Of a stretch of 64,000 nucleotides of DNA, positions 1 to 10,311 are shown piece after piece (within the stretch, counting starts at the first letter, position 1; each line of letters opens with the position of its first letter). Origin of the DNA: Longimicrobiales bacterium (GTDB lineage Bacteria; Gemmatimonadota; Gemmatimonadetes; Longimicrobiales; Gaopeijiaceae); NCBI GenBank assembly GCA_041690395.1, contig JAWLHJ010000004.1, positions 305,365 to 369,364 on the forward strand, written 5' to 3'. The notes beneath the pieces were generated by a model. That model made no database searches, was not told where the DNA came from, and saw only the letters and a program-made list of their open reading frames with translations. The position numbers and the translations under genes are program-made.

Positions 1-600
1 CTCCTGAACCTCCTCGGTGCCCCGCTGGATGCCCTCGGGGCCGGCCACGTAGACCTGGGGCCGCTCGTCGTCGTCCTTCGGCGGCTCGGGATCCGGGTTC
101 GAGGCCGGCAGGAGCAGGTCGAGGAGGCGCTCGACCACGCGAGCCTCCGCGATGTCCTGTACCTCGTACTCGCGGTCCGCCCGCACCAGGTTGATGGCGA
201 TGTCGACGAGATCCCGGATCATGGACTCCACGTCGCGCCCGACGTACCCGACCTCGGTGAACTTGGAGGCCTCGACCTTCAGGAAAGGCGCCCCCGCGAG
301 CCGTGCCAGCCGGCGGGCGATCTCGGTCTTTCCGACGCCGGTCGGACCGATGAGGATCAGGTTGTTCGGGATGATCTCCTGACGCATCTCCTCATCGACG
401 CGCTGCCTGCGCCACCGATTGCGGAGCACGATCGCCACGGCCTTCTTGGCGGCACTCTGACCGACGATGTACTTGTCGAGCTCGGCGACGATCTGCCGCG
501 GGGTCAGCTCGTCGAGCCACGCCTCCACGTCCTCCGGGTTGTCCGAGGTCTGCGCCGGCGGTTCCGGAGGCGTCCCCTTCTCAACGATCTCTATGCTCAT
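1..600 (-). CDS. hslU: ATP-dependent protease ATPase subunit HslU (N-terminal part; runs off the window edge)
   Basis: Manual translation from ATG at 600 (ATGA overlap with the hslV stop): [32 protein letters not shown], Walker [36 protein letters not shown]. Confidence 0.97.
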   Translation of the reverse strand, partial: MSIEIVEKGTPPEPPAQTSDNPEDVEAWLDELTPRQIVAELDKYIVGQSAAKKAVAIVLRNRWRRQRVDEEMRQEIIPNNLILIGPTGVGKTEIARRLARLAGAPFLKVEASKFTEVGYVGRDVESMIRDLVDIAINLVRADREYEVQDIAEARVVERLLDLLLPASNPDPEPPKDDDERPQVYVAGPEGIQRGTEEVQE

Positions 601-1160
601 CCCGCTCCCTCCCCTTCATCGCCGAGTTCGAGCACGACGATGTCCTTGTTCGTATAGATGCAGATGTCCCCGGCGATCTCGAGCGCTTTGCGGACGATGT
701 CCCTGGCGACCAGGTCCGAGTTGTCCTTCAACGCCCGCGCGGCGGCGAGCGCGTACGAGCCGCCCGAGCCGATCGCGATGACGTCGTCGTCCGGCTCGAT
801 CACGTCGCCGGTGCCGCTCACGAGGAACAGATGGTCGTCGTCGGCGACGGCGAGCAGGGCGTCGAGCTTCCTCAGGTACCGGTCCAGACGCCAATCCTTC
901 GCCAGCTCCACGACCGCGCGCGTCAGATTGCCCGGGTAGCGCTCCAGCTTCTCCTCGAGCTTCTCGAAGAGTGTGAAGGCATCGGCCACCGCCCCGGCGA
1001 AGCCCGCGATGATCCGGCCGTCCTTCAACAGCCGGACCTTCCGGGCGGAGCCCTTCACCACGGTATCTCCCATGGTGACCTGGCCGTCGCCGCCCATGGC
1101 GACCCGTCCGTGCTTCCGGACGGCGAGGACGGTGGTGGCTCGAACATCGGGCAGCGGCAT
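597..1160 (-). CDS. hslV: ATP-dependent protease peptidase subunit HslV
   Basis: TTVLAVR N-terminal Thr nucleophile, GDGQVT, GFAG..ADAFTL, IGSGG; start placed at ATG 1160 (track ORF begins 1223). Confidence 0.96.
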   Translation of the reverse strand: MPLPDVRATTVLAVRKHGRVAMGGDGQVTMGDTVVKGSARKVRLLKDGRIIAGFAGAVADAFTLFEKLEEKLERYPGNLTRAVVELAKDWRLDRYLRKLDALLAVADDDHLFLVSGTGDVIEPDDDVIAIGSGGSYALAAARALKDNSDLVARDIVRKALEIAGDICIYTNKDIVVLELGDEGEGAG

Positions 1161-1330
1161 GAGGCGGTTCGCTCCTGACGGCTGGAAAGGTATGGAAAGC
1201 GGTGAGAACACGAGGTCGGCCACGCGGAACGCAGGCTCCTTCGCGGGGGCTCCGAATCTAACGGCAACGCTGCCGATATGGCAGGCGGCGAGAGAATCGC
1301 CCCAGGCCCGGTGGGCTTCGTCTCGCAGCC

Positions 1331-2254
1331 TCAGTCCGACCGGGGATGGGCGTCCCGGTAGACGCGGAGCAGCCGCTCCTTCGTCGTATGCGTGTAGATC
1401 TGCGTGGTCGAGAGGGACACGTGCCCGAGGAGCTCCTTCACGGCGAGGAGGTCCGCGCCCGCCTCCAGGAGGTGGGTGGCGAAGGAGTGCCGGAGGGAGT
1501 GGGTGGAAAGCCCGTGCGCCGCGGACACCGTCTCCAACGCGTCGTGGACCGACTGCTGGATCGACCGGCGCGAGAGCCGACGTCCCGCGGCGTTCACCAG
1601 GAGCGCGTCCGTCCCGGATTCGACCACCTCCGCCCGCCGGGGGAGATACCGATCGATGGCGTTCAGGGCGGCCTCCGTCACCGGCACGATCCGCTCCTTC
1701 CGTCCCTTGCCCAGCACCCGCACCTGCCGCCGTCCCCGCTCGATGTCCGGGAGGTCGATGCCGTGCAGCTCGGCCAGCCGGAGGCCGCTCCCGTACAGGA
1801 GCTCGAGCACGACCAGGTCACGCGTGCCCTTGAGCGTGTTCTCGGCCGCCCGGAGCTCTACCGCCTCGAGAACGGCGCGAGCGTCCGGCTCGGCCAGATG
1901 TCCGGGCAGGCGCTTCTCCGTCTTCGGCGTCCGGACGGCCCGGGTGGGGTCCGCCGGGATCCGGTCCTCGAGGTGCAGGAACTTGAAGAACGTCCGCGCC
2001 GCGGAGAGCTTTCGCGCGGCCGTCCGGCGGGAGAGGCCTCGCCGCTCACACCAGCCCAGGAATCCCCGGACGGCGAGCCGGTCGATCTCCGGGTCGTCCC
2101 AGTGCCACTCCGACCCTCCGAGGTAGTCGGACAGGAACGTCTCGAGCTGCCCGAGGTCGCGCGCGTACGCTTCGACCGTGTGCGGCGAGAGGCCCCGCTC
2201 GTCCTCGAGGTGGCCCAGGAAGTCGGCCAGCTCAGGACGCGGTGACGTGGCCAT
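1331..2254 (-). CDS. xerC: Tyrosine recombinase XerC/XerD family
   Basis: [45 protein letters not shown]; conserved topA-trmFO-xerC-hslVU order. Confidence 0.9.
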   Translation of the reverse strand: MATSPRPELADFLGHLEDERGLSPHTVEAYARDLGQLETFLSDYLGGSEWHWDDPEIDRLAVRGFLGWCERRGLSRRTAARKLSAARTFFKFLHLEDRIPADPTRAVRTPKTEKRLPGHLAEPDARAVLEAVELRAAENTLKGTRDLVVLELLYGSGLRLAELHGIDLPDIERGRRQVRVLGKGRKERIVPVTEAALNAIDRYLPRRAEVVESGTDALLVNAAGRRLSRRSIQQSVHDALETVSAAHGLSTHSLRHSFATHLLEAGADLLAVKELLGHVSLSTTQIYTHTTKERLLRVYRDAHPRSD

Positions 2255-2263
2255 CCCGTGCGG

Positions 2264-3628
2264 CTACGCGCCCGGTGTCGCGGTCACGGCCACCGGAGCG
2301 CGGGTCTCGAGGCCGTGCTCGGACATCCAGGAGAGAAAGTCCGCCTGGGCCCGCTCGGCGAGCATCTCCCGCTTGCGACGCTTGTCCTTCACCCGCCGGT
2401 CGAGTGGATCGACCAGGCCCCAGTTCGAGTTCATCGGCTGGAAGTGTCCCGGCCGGGCGTCCCGCAGATACCGGTACAGCCCGCCCAGCATCGTCGTGGG
2501 CGGCGGCACCACGGGGTCGAGACCGTCGAGGATGCGGGCCAGATTCACGCCGGCCAGGATGCCGCTCGCCGCCGACTCCGTGTACCCCTCCACCCCGGTC
2601 AGCTGGCCCGCGAAGATCAGATCGGGCCGGTCCTTCAACGAGCCGTGGGCGCTCAAGCGCTCGGGGAAGTTGAGATAGCTGTTGCGGTGGATGGAGCCCC
2701 ACCGCAGGAACTCGGCGTCGCCCAGCCCGGGGATCTGCGTGAAGATCCGCTTCTGCTCTCCGATGCGGAGCCGCGTCTGGAAGCCGACCATGTTCCACAT
2801 CTGGCCGGCGCGGTCCTCGCGCCGGAGCTGGACCACGGCGTGCGGACGCTCTCCGGTGCGCGGATCCACCAGGCCGATGGGCTTCATGGGTCCGAAGCGC
2901 AGGGTATCCACCCCGCGCGACGCCATGACCTCGATCGGGAGGCATCCCTCGAAATAGGGCACGGCGTCCCAGTCATGACCCGCGTGCGCCTCGCCTCCCA
3001 CGACGGCTTCGATGAAGCGCGTGTACTCCTCCTCGGACATCGGGCAGTTCAGGTAGTCGGCGTCCTCGTCGAAACGACCGGCCGCGAAGACGATGTCGTC
3101 GTCCAGGCTGTCCCGGTGCACGATGGGGGCGATCGCGTCGAAGAAAGCGAGCCCGCCGTCGCCCAGCGCCTCTCCGATGCGCTCGCCGAGACCTTCGGAC
3201 GTCAGCGGTCCCGTGGCCACGATGGCCGGCCCCTCGGGTAGCCGCGTGCACTCCTCGCGCACGACCTCGATGGACGGCGACGACGTGACCGCCTCGGTCA
3301 TGGCCTCGGCGAAGAGATGCCGATCGACGGCCAGCGCCGAGCCGGCCGCGACCTTCGTCCGGTCCGCCGCGCGCAGGAGGAGCGAGCCCAGGGCGCGCAT
3401 CTCGCGCTTGAGCTGACCGTGGGCGTTCTCCGGCCCCTCGCTCTTGAACGAGTTCGTGCACACGAGCTCGCCGAGCCGGTCGGTCTGGTGCGCCGGCGTG
3501 GCACGAACGGGCCGCATCTCGACCAGGCGGACGGCGTACCCGCGGTCGGCCAGCTGGAGAGCGGCCTCACACCCCGCGAGGCCGCCTCCGACGACGGTCA
3601 CCCGTGCGTCGGGTCCGGCGCCGCTCAC
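2264..3628 (-). CDS. trmFO: tRNA (uracil-5-)-methyltransferase TrmFO/Gid
   Basis: VVGGGLAGCEAA, ELVCTNSF, YFEGCLPIE, FGPMKPIGL, FAGQLTGVEGYTES; GTG start at 3628 overlaps the topA stop. Confidence 0.96.
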   Translation of the reverse strand: MSGAGPDARVTVVGGGLAGCEAALQLADRGYAVRLVEMRPVRATPAHQTDRLGELVCTNSFKSEGPENAHGQLKREMRALGSLLLRAADRTKVAAGSALAVDRHLFAEAMTEAVTSSPSIEVVREECTRLPEGPAIVATGPLTSEGLGERIGEALGDGGLAFFDAIAPIVHRDSLDDDIVFAAGRFDEDADYLNCPMSEEEYTRFIEAVVGGEAHAGHDWDAVPYFEGCLPIEVMASRGVDTLRFGPMKPIGLVDPRTGERPHAVVQLRREDRAGQMWNMVGFQTRLRIGEQKRIFTQIPGLGDAEFLRWGSIHRNSYLNFPERLSAHGSLKDRPDLIFAGQLTGVEGYTESAASGILAGVNLARILDGLDPVVPPPTTMLGGLYRYLRDARPGHFQPMNSNWGLVDPLDRRVKDKRRKREMLAERAQADFLSWMSEHGLETRAPVAVTATPGA

Positions 3629-6150
3629 GACTTCTTCTTTCCTCGCCCGCCCTTCTTCGCGGGCTTGCGACCGCCTCTCTTGGCGCCGCGTCGGCCGCGA
3701 CCGCCGCCCTTGGCCGCCTTCTCGTCGATGAGCTGTACGGCGGTCTCGAGATCGACGTCCTCCGGCTCGGTCCCCTTGGGGAGCGTCGCGTTCACGTCGC
3801 CGTCGGTCACGTAGGGGCCGTATCGGCCCCCGTGGACGGTGAGGTCGGCCCCGGTCGTCGGGTGCTTCCCGAGCTCCTTGAGGGGGACCCGCTTGCCCGA
3901 CTTCTTCGCCTCGATGAGCTCCGAGGCCTTCTCGATGCTCACGTTCCAGAGCGCGTCGTGGTTCGGCAGACTCGCGAAGATCTTCCCGCGCCGCACGAAC
4001 GGTCCGAAGCGGCCGATGCCCGCCACGATCTCCTCGCCCGTCTTGGGATCCTCGCCCACGGTCCGGGGCAGCTCGAGCAGCTTGACCGCGTAGGCGAGGT
4101 CCACGTCCGCCGGCTGCATGCCGTCCGGCAGGCTCACCCGCTTCGGCTTCGCGTCCTCCTTCTCGGCGTCCATCTCCACGTACGGACCGTACGGACCGAC
4201 CTTGAGACGGACGTCGCGACCGGTGTCGGGGTGCTCGCCCAGCTCCTCGCCTTCCGGGTTGATGCCGTCCAGGGAGCGCGTGCTCTTGCACTCCGGGTAT
4301 CCGGAGCACCCGAGGAAGCGCCCGAACTTGTTCCACCGGACGAGCATCGGACGGCCGCACTTGTCGCAGACCTCGCCCTCGGCCGCGAGGATCTCCTTGA
4401 TGATCTCGTCCGAGTTCGTCTCGCCCGCCTCGATGCGCTCCAGGAAGCCCGGGTAGAACCCGCCGAGCAGGTTGCGCCACTCGACCTCGCCCTCCTCGAC
4501 CCGGTCGAGCTCCGTCTCCATCCGGCTCGTGAACTCGACGTCGAAGATGTTCGGGAAGAGGCGCACCAGCAGCTTCGCCACGACCTCACCCAGGTCCGTG
4601 GGCTGGAAGCGGCGCTTCTCGAGCTCGACATAGCCGCGGTCGACGATGACCGAGATGATGCTCGCGTAGGTGGACGGCCGGCCGATGCCGAGCTTCTCGA
4701 GCTCCTTGACGAGGCTCGCCTCGGAGAAGCGGGGCGGCGGCTGCGTGAAGTGCTGCCTGGGCTCGATCGACTCGAGGTCGCTGGTGTCCCCCTCCTCGAG
4801 CTCGGGAAGCGGATCCATGTCGTCGAACTGACGCGCGTCCCCTTCCTCGGTGGCCTCCTGGTAGAGCTTCGTGAAGCCCGGGAACTTCAGGATCGAGCCG
4901 GTGGACCGGAACAGGTAGGCGACCCCGGACTCCGCCCGCAGATCGAAGTCGATGGTCGTCGTGTCGTAGACGGCCGGCGGCATCTGGCTGGCGACGAAGC
5001 GGAGCCAGATGAGCTCGTACATCCGGGCCTGGTCGGGCTCCAGATAGCGGGACGCTTCCGTCGGGTCGATGGTCACATCGGTCGGACGGATGGCTTCGTG
5101 CGCGTCCTGCGCGGCCGGCGTGTTCCCGCCGCCGTAGAGGTTCGGCGACTTCGGCACGTAGCTGCTGCCGAACTTCTCGCCGATCCAGTCGCGGGCCTGT
5201 CCGACGGCGGTGGGCGACACACGGGTGGAGTCGGTACGCATGTAGGTGATCAGACCGATCTGACCCCGACCGCCGATCTCCTGACCCTCGTAGAGTCGTT
5301 GGGCCGTCGACATCGTGCGCCGGGCCGAGAAGCGGAGGCGCTTCGCCGCTTCCTGCTGCAGCGTCGACGTCGTGAACGGCGCCGACGGATTCTTCCGGCG
5401 CTCGCTCCGCTTGACCTCGGTGACCGCGAACGGCAGCGGCTCGACGTCGGCGAGCACCTTCTTCGCGGCTTCCTCGTCCCCCAGCGTGAACGACTTCCCG
5501 TCGATCTGGTGGAGCTTCGCCGTGAAGCCGATCTCCTGAGCCTTCAGGTGCGCCGTGATCGACCAGTACTCTTCCTGGACGAACGCCCGGATCTCGTCTT
5601 CGCGCTCGCAGATGAGGCGCAAGGCCACGGTCTGGACACGTCCGGCCGAGAGCCCGGGGCGGATCGGCTTCCAGAGCATGGGGCTCACCTGATAGCCGAC
5701 GAGCCGGTCCAGGATGCGGCGGGCCTGCTGGGCCTCGATCTTCTTCAGATCGAGGGGGCCCGGATGCTTCAGGGCCTCCTGCACCGCGCCCTTGGTGATC
5801 TCCCGGAACGTCACGCGCTCGAAGCGGGTGCTGTCCTTCTCGTAGCCGAGCTGTTCGGCGACGTGGTAGGCGATCGCCTCGCCCTCACGGTCCGGGTCCG
5901 TCGCGAGAATGATCCGGTCGGCGTTCTTCGCCTTCTTCTTGAGATCCGTGATGATCTTTCCCTTGCCACGGATCGTCACGTACTTGGGCTCGAAGCCGTG
6001 CTCGACGTCGACCCCCAGCTCCTTCGGGGGCAGATCCCGGACGTGCCCGACGGACGCGGCCACCTCGTACCCCTTCCCGAGGTACTTTCCGATGGTCCGG
6101 GCCTTCGCCGGGGACTCCACGATCACGAGGTTCTTTTCGGCGTCGCTCAT
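3625..6150 (-). CDS. topA: DNA topoisomerase I
   Basis: LVIVESPAKA, ATDPDREGEAI, SAGRVQT, LITYMRTDS, GIGRPSTY; Zn ribbon CDKC..CSGYPEC; Lys-rich tail. Confidence 0.98.
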   Translation of the reverse strand: MSDAEKNLVIVESPAKARTIGKYLGKGYEVAASVGHVRDLPPKELGVDVEHGFEPKYVTIRGKGKIITDLKKKAKNADRIILATDPDREGEAIAYHVAEQLGYEKDSTRFERVTFREITKGAVQEALKHPGPLDLKKIEAQQARRILDRLVGYQVSPMLWKPIRPGLSAGRVQTVALRLICEREDEIRAFVQEEYWSITAHLKAQEIGFTAKLHQIDGKSFTLGDEEAAKKVLADVEPLPFAVTEVKRSERRKNPSAPFTTSTLQQEAAKRLRFSARRTMSTAQRLYEGQEIGGRGQIGLITYMRTDSTRVSPTAVGQARDWIGEKFGSSYVPKSPNLYGGGNTPAAQDAHEAIRPTDVTIDPTEASRYLEPDQARMYELIWLRFVASQMPPAVYDTTTIDFDLRAESGVAYLFRSTGSILKFPGFTKLYQEATEEGDARQFDDMDPLPELEEGDTSDLESIEPRQHFTQPPPRFSEASLVKELEKLGIGRPSTYASIISVIVDRGYVELEKRRFQPTDLGEVVAKLLVRLFPNIFDVEFTSRMETELDRVEEGEVEWRNLLGGFYPGFLERIEAGETNSDEIIKEILAAEGEVCDKCGRPMLVRWNKFGRFLGCSGYPECKSTRSLDGINPEGEELGEHPDTGRDVRLKVGPYGPYVEMDAEKEDAKPKRVSLPDGMQPADVDLAYAVKLLELPRTVGEDPKTGEEIVAGIGRFGPFVRRGKIFASLPNHDALWNVSIEKASELIEAKKSGKRVPLKELGKHPTTGADLTVHGGRYGPYVTDGDVNATLPKGTEPEDVDLETAVQLIDEKAAKGGGRGRRGAKRGGRKPAKKGGRGKKKS

Positions 6151-6160
6151 CAACGACCTA

Positions 6161-6727
6161 TCAAGCCTTGCTGCGAGGAACTTCAGGGTACTTCCGTCCG
6201 AGGATCCCGAGGATCTCGGACGTGACATCTTCTACGGAGCGGCGGTCCGTGTCCACCACACCGCCCGCTCGACTGTAGCGCGGCTCTCGCTCCGCGAGAA
6301 GCCGGCGGGCGCGTCCCAGGGGGTCGTCTCCCGCCAGCAGCGGTCGGGTTCCGGGCCTCGCCGAAGCGCGGCGCACCGCCTCTTCGGCCGAGACGCGTAG
6401 CCAGAAGGTCTCGGTTCCCGCCGGTGCTTCGTCAAGTCGTCCGGGAACCGCGCCCCACCCTCCGCCCGCGGCCAACACGACCTCGTCCCGCCCCAGCAAC
6501 CGTCGTCCCACGCGGGCCTCGAGCTCCCGGAACGCGGCCTCTCCGACCGTCTCGAAGATCTCGGGCACGGTCATGCCCGCGGCCGCAGCCACCTCGTCGT
6601 CGAAATCGACGAAGCGCCATCGCAGCGCGCTCGCGACTCGCCGCCCGACGCTCGACTTACCGGCTCCCATGAAGCCGACCAGCAGGACCCGGCGCAGCCG
6701 GGCAGGCGCGTCGGGGTCACCGCTCAC
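6161..6727 (-). CDS. aroK: Shikimate kinase
   Basis: LVGFMGAGKSSVG, FVDFD, GEAAFRELE, GGG, RPLL; GTG start overlapping the end of aroC. Confidence 0.92.
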   Translation of the reverse strand: MSGDPDAPARLRRVLLVGFMGAGKSSVGRRVASALRWRFVDFDDEVAAAAGMTVPEIFETVGEAAFRELEARVGRRLLGRDEVVLAAGGGWGAVPGRLDEAPAGTETFWLRVSAEEAVRRASARPGTRPLLAGDDPLGRARRLLAEREPRYSRAGGVVDTDRRSVEDVTSEILGILGRKYPEVPRSKA

Positions 6728-7922
6728 CGAAGCCGCGCTCTTCCAGATGCGTGACGTACCCGTCGAAGTTCCGGCGGATCTCGGCGAGCGAGTCTCCCCC
6801 GAACTTCTCGAGGAACGCATCGGCCAGCACCAGCGCCACCATCGCCTCGCCGACGACCCCGGCCGCCGGCACGGCGCACACGTCGCTCCGCTCGACCGCG
6901 GCGTCACCCTCCGACCCGTCCCGCATGTCGACGCTCGGCAGCCGGCTGCGGAGGGTGGCGATGGGCTTCATCGCGCCGCGAACCAGCAGCGGCTGGCCGG
7001 TGGTCACGCCTCCCTCCAGCCCTCCTGCCCGGTTCGAAGCCCGCCCGAACCCACCGGCCCGGGCGTTCTCCGGCGCGCGGACGATCGGATCGTGCACCCG
7101 CGAGCCCGGTCGTGCCGAGCCCTCGAAGCCGATCCCGATCTCCACGCCCTTCACGGCCTGGATGGACACCACCGCACCCGCCAGCCGCCCGTCCAACTTG
7201 CGGTCCCACGAGACGTGGCTCCCCAGCCCGACCGGCAGGCCGGTCGCGACGACCTCGAAGACGCCACCGAGCGTGTCCCCCCGCTCCTTCGCCGCGTCGA
7301 TCTCGGCCATCATGCGGTCGGCCGCCGCGGCGTCCAGGCAGCGCACGGGGTTGGCGTCGGTGACCGTGTTGAGATCCGTCGGGACCTCCTCGACGTCGGC
7401 GCGCACGTCGCCGATGGACAGGATATGGCTCCCGATCTCGATGCCGAACTCCCCGAGCAGCCGCTTCGCGACGGCCCCGGCCGCCACCCGGGCGGCGGTC
7501 TCCCGGGCGCTGGCGCGCTCGAGCACGTCGCGCACGTCGCGCCGGTCGTACTTCAACGCGCCCGCGAGGTCGGCGTGCCCGGGCCTCGGCAGGTAATGGG
7601 GCCGCAGCGCCTTCGGGTTCACGTCCTCCGGCGGGGCCTCGTGGGCCATCGCCGTGGTCCAGTTATCCCAATCGCGGTTCCAGATGGCCATCGCGATGGG
7701 CGATCCCAGGGTCTCACCCAGGCGTACGCCCGAGATCAGATCCGCCCGGTCCGACTCGATCTGCATCCGTCGGCCCCGGCCGTACCCACCCTGGCGGCGA
7801 GAGAGCTCCGGATCGACGTCCCGTTCCATGGAGAGGGGGACGCCGGCCGGCATCCCCTCGACCAGCGTGATGAGGCCTCGGCCGTGCGACTCGCCGGCCG
7901 TATGGAAAGTGAAGCGCTTCAT
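6717..7922 (-). CDS. aroC: Chorismate synthase
   Basis: TAGESHG, RRQGGYGRG.R, PRPGHAD, ERASARETAARVA, SNRAGGLEGG, MKPIATL, ERSD. Confidence 0.98.
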   Translation of the reverse strand: MKRFTFHTAGESHGRGLITLVEGMPAGVPLSMERDVDPELSRRQGGYGRGRRMQIESDRADLISGVRLGETLGSPIAMAIWNRDWDNWTTAMAHEAPPEDVNPKALRPHYLPRPGHADLAGALKYDRRDVRDVLERASARETAARVAAGAVAKRLLGEFGIEIGSHILSIGDVRADVEEVPTDLNTVTDANPVRCLDAAAADRMMAEIDAAKERGDTLGGVFEVVATGLPVGLGSHVSWDRKLDGRLAGAVVSIQAVKGVEIGIGFEGSARPGSRVHDPIVRAPENARAGGFGRASNRAGGLEGGVTTGQPLLVRGAMKPIATLRSRLPSVDMRDGSEGDAAVERSDVCAVPAAGVVGEAMVALVLADAFLEKFGGDSLAEIRRNFDGYVTHLEERGFGER

Positions 7923-7972
7923 GTCGTTCTCTGATTCACTGGGGACTCCCGCCGAGTATGGCGGCGCGAGGC

Positions 7973-7978
7973 ATTATA
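7973..7978 (-). promoter_or_regulatory. Candidate sigma70 -10 element (TATAAT) for aroC
   Basis: Minus strand reads GGTTATAATG about 50 nt upstream of the aroC ATG; no clear -35 seen. Confidence 0.45.
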
Positions 7979-8055
7979 ACCAAACGGGATAACCGAACGG
8001 GCCGGCCCGCCGCTCATGCGGCGAACCGGCCCGGTCGGGTCGCTGTGACGAACCC

Positions 8056-8086
8056 GGCGGAGGGGGCGCCGAAGCGCCCCCTCGCC
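8056..8086 (-). terminator. GC-rich hairpin just after the pilQ stop
   Basis: Stem GAGGGGGCGC/GCGCCCCCTC with a cUUCGg loop on the minus strand; no U-tract. Confidence 0.55.
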
Positions 8087-8089
8087 ACT

Positions 8090-9808
8090 TCAGCGCGTCG
8101 AGCTGCGGACGATGTGCGGCGTGACCAGGATGATCAGGTCCTGCTGGGTCTCCTGGTAACGCCGGACGCGGAAGAGCGCACCCACGAACGGAAGGTCCAT
8201 CAGCACCGGAATCCCGGTCCGCACCTCGTTCCGCTCGTTCTGGGTCAGACCACCGATGACGACCGTCTCCCCGTCTCGCACCAGCACGCGCGTCTGGGCG
8301 CGCTGGGTCCGGAAGATGAAGCCCGCATCGGAATCGGCGAGCTCCGCGGCCGAACGCTCCGCCTCGAGCTCGAGGAGGATCTGATTGCCGTTGGTCACGT
8401 GCGGCGTCGCCCGCAGGATGATACCGGTCTCCTGCTGCTCGACCTGTGCCGTCGGGAACTGGCCACCGCCGGCTCCCCCGCCTGCGTCGATCGTCCGGAT
8501 CGGCGTGAGCTCACCGACGTGGATCTCCGCCTGCTGGTTGTCGAGCGTCGTGATCTGAGGCTCGGCATGGACGTCACTGATGTTCACCGACGAAAGCGCG
8601 TCGATGAAGTTGATCAGCGTGTGACGGCCGATCACCAGCGAGGTGAGGAACTGGATGCTGGGCGAGACCACGCGCGAGTTCGCGTTGCCGAGCGCCGCGA
8701 TGGAGCTGCCCCCCAGCGAGACGACCGACGTCCCCTGCTCGACCGGGTCGAGCGTGCCGTCACCGTCCGTGTCCGCGAAGCCCGACGAAAGCTGATTGAA
8801 CTGGTTCCCCTCGGTGTCCTTGAGCTCGTACGTCACACCCAGCTCGTTGAGCGCCGAGCGGTCGACGAAGATGATCTTCGCGCTGATGGACACCTGCGGC
8901 GTCTCCACGTCGAGCTGCTGCAGGAGCTCGGTGACCGCGTCCTGGACGCGCTCGATGTCCGACACGATGAGCGTGTTGGTTCCGAGTCCCACCGTCACCT
9001 GGCCACGGGCGGACAGCAGCGGCTGGATCGCGGTCTGCAGCTCCGTGGCGGTCGCGAACGAGATGCGGTGCGCCTGCGTCAGGATCGGCTCGATCGACTC
9101 GCGATCGTTCAGGTCGGTGATGTTGTCGACCCGGATGATGCCGTACTCGTCCTCTTCGGCCCGCAGCCCCTGGGTCGCGAGGATCGAGTTCAGGGCGACG
9201 TCCCACGGACGGTCGTTGATGGTGGCCGTCACGAAGCCGGTCACGTTCGACCCGGGCACGATCGACTTCCCACTGAAGGCCGCGAAGGCCTGCAACACGT
9301 CGTTGATGGGAGCCGCCGTCCACGTCATCGAGATCCGCTCGGCCTGCGCCTGCTGCGGGACCTGGGCCGCCATGGCCGTCGGACGCGCCAGCTCGGCCAT
9401 GCTCCGGGCGCTCACCGAGCCACCGGAAGACCAGGGCTCGAACGCGCCGCCCGGGTTGTCCAGGGTGATGAGCAGACCGGCCTCGGTCGGCACCGCCGTG
9501 TACCCGAGCTCCTGATCGAGCTCGAACACGACGCGCACGACGTCGTCCGAGTACTGGCTGCTCCGGACCGCCCGGATGCCGCCCCGGTCGATGGAGGTGT
9601 AGTTCTCGAGGGGAAGCGCGTGCCGTGAGCCCAGGAAGTCCACGACCAGACGGTGCGGGCCCTCCATGGTGAACTCACGGTAATCGACGTCCCCGTCGAC
9701 GGCGATCAGAACGCTCGTGCCAGTAGCCATCGGAGTGATCGTCACCTCGGTGACGGGTCCTCCGAAGGCCAGGAGCGCTCCCGCCCACAGAGCGAACATC
9801 GACGTCAT
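8090..9808 (-). CDS. pilQ: Type IV pilus secretin with AMIN domain
   Basis: AMIN-like HRLVVDF..VRVVFEL, N domains (PWDVALNSIL, TNTLIV.D), secretin LDVETPQVSISAKI, P.ITTLDNQ.A.I.VG, GIPVLMDLPFVGALFR. Confidence 0.93.
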   Translation of the reverse strand: MTSMFALWAGALLAFGGPVTEVTITPMATGTSVLIAVDGDVDYREFTMEGPHRLVVDFLGSRHALPLENYTSIDRGGIRAVRSSQYSDDVVRVVFELDQELGYTAVPTEAGLLITLDNPGGAFEPWSSGGSVSARSMAELARPTAMAAQVPQQAQAERISMTWTAAPINDVLQAFAAFSGKSIVPGSNVTGFVTATINDRPWDVALNSILATQGLRAEEDEYGIIRVDNITDLNDRESIEPILTQAHRISFATATELQTAIQPLLSARGQVTVGLGTNTLIVSDIERVQDAVTELLQQLDVETPQVSISAKIIFVDRSALNELGVTYELKDTEGNQFNQLSSGFADTDGDGTLDPVEQGTSVVSLGGSSIAALGNANSRVVSPSIQFLTSLVIGRHTLINFIDALSSVNISDVHAEPQITTLDNQQAEIHVGELTPIRTIDAGGGAGGGQFPTAQVEQQETGIILRATPHVTNGNQILLELEAERSAAELADSDAGFIFRTQRAQTRVLVRDGETVVIGGLTQNERNEVRTGIPVLMDLPFVGALFRVRRYQETQQDLIILVTPHIVRSSTR

Positions 9809-10311
9809 TAGGTGCCTCCCTCGCGCCGGGAATTGAATACCAGGGTACGTCGGTCCATGAGACCGAACTCTTCTACGTCCACCACCACCCGCTCGGGGTG
9901 GATCTCCACGATCGTCACGTTTCCGATGCGCTGTCCGACGCGCAGGTAAAACGCGTCTCCGTCCACCGGCGACACCGTCCCGTCCTCGGCCACCGAAACG
10001 CCGCCCGTGCTCAGCACGGCGACGCTCGCCGAGGGCGTCTGCGAATACATGATCCCGATCACGCTCAGCTGCTCGAATCGCGGGCCGGAGCTGTCGTCGT
10101 CCAGCGCCACGAACGGATTCGGGCGCGTGAACGACGGGTACTGGAACACTTCGCGCTCGAACACGAGCTCCGTTTCTTCGGCGGGCGGAGGAGCCTGGGC
10201 TCCTCCCGGCGCGGGCGCCTGAGCACGGGCCGAGCCCGGGATCGCGACGATCGCGGCGGCGAGGGCGAGCGCGACGAGCGCGCGGGATTCACTCATGATC
10301 ATCCTCTTCAC
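9808..10311 (-). CDS. PilP-like pilus alignment protein
   Basis: Lies between pilO and pilQ; RPNPF motif and 'LRVGQRIGNVTIVEI' beta domain; start GTG 10311 or ATG 10302/10296. Confidence 0.7.
   Translation of the reverse strand: MKRMIMSESRALVALALAAAIVAIPGSARAQAPAPGGAQAPPPAEETELVFEREVFQYPSFTRPNPFVALDDDSSGPRFEQLSVIGIMYSQTPSASVAVLSTGGVSVAEDGTVSPVDGDAFYLRVGQRIGNVTIVEIHPERVVVDVEEFGLMDRRTLVFNSRREGGT

Noticed and set aside
1331..2254. Tyrosine recombinase as a prophage or island integrase
   Set aside because: Xer-sized protein in the conserved topA-trmFO-xerC-hslVU context; no att repeats or phage genes seen
2264..4480. 738-aa ORF suggesting an N-terminally extended TrmFO
   Set aside because: The extension overlaps topA in another frame and is low-complexity; the GTG at 3628 gives a normal TrmFO. 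The same applies to track extensions of aroK, pilP, sod, TlpA and the pentaheme cytochrome
3604..6225. 873-aa plus-strand ORF, and similar long ORFs at 7958..9628, 40764..43322, 44204..46111, 58674..60524 and 61878..63863
   Set aside because: Antisense shadows of clear genes (topA, pilQ, AGCS/desaturase, ahcY, katG, pcm fusion); expected from stop-poor high-GC codon usage and without recognisable motifs
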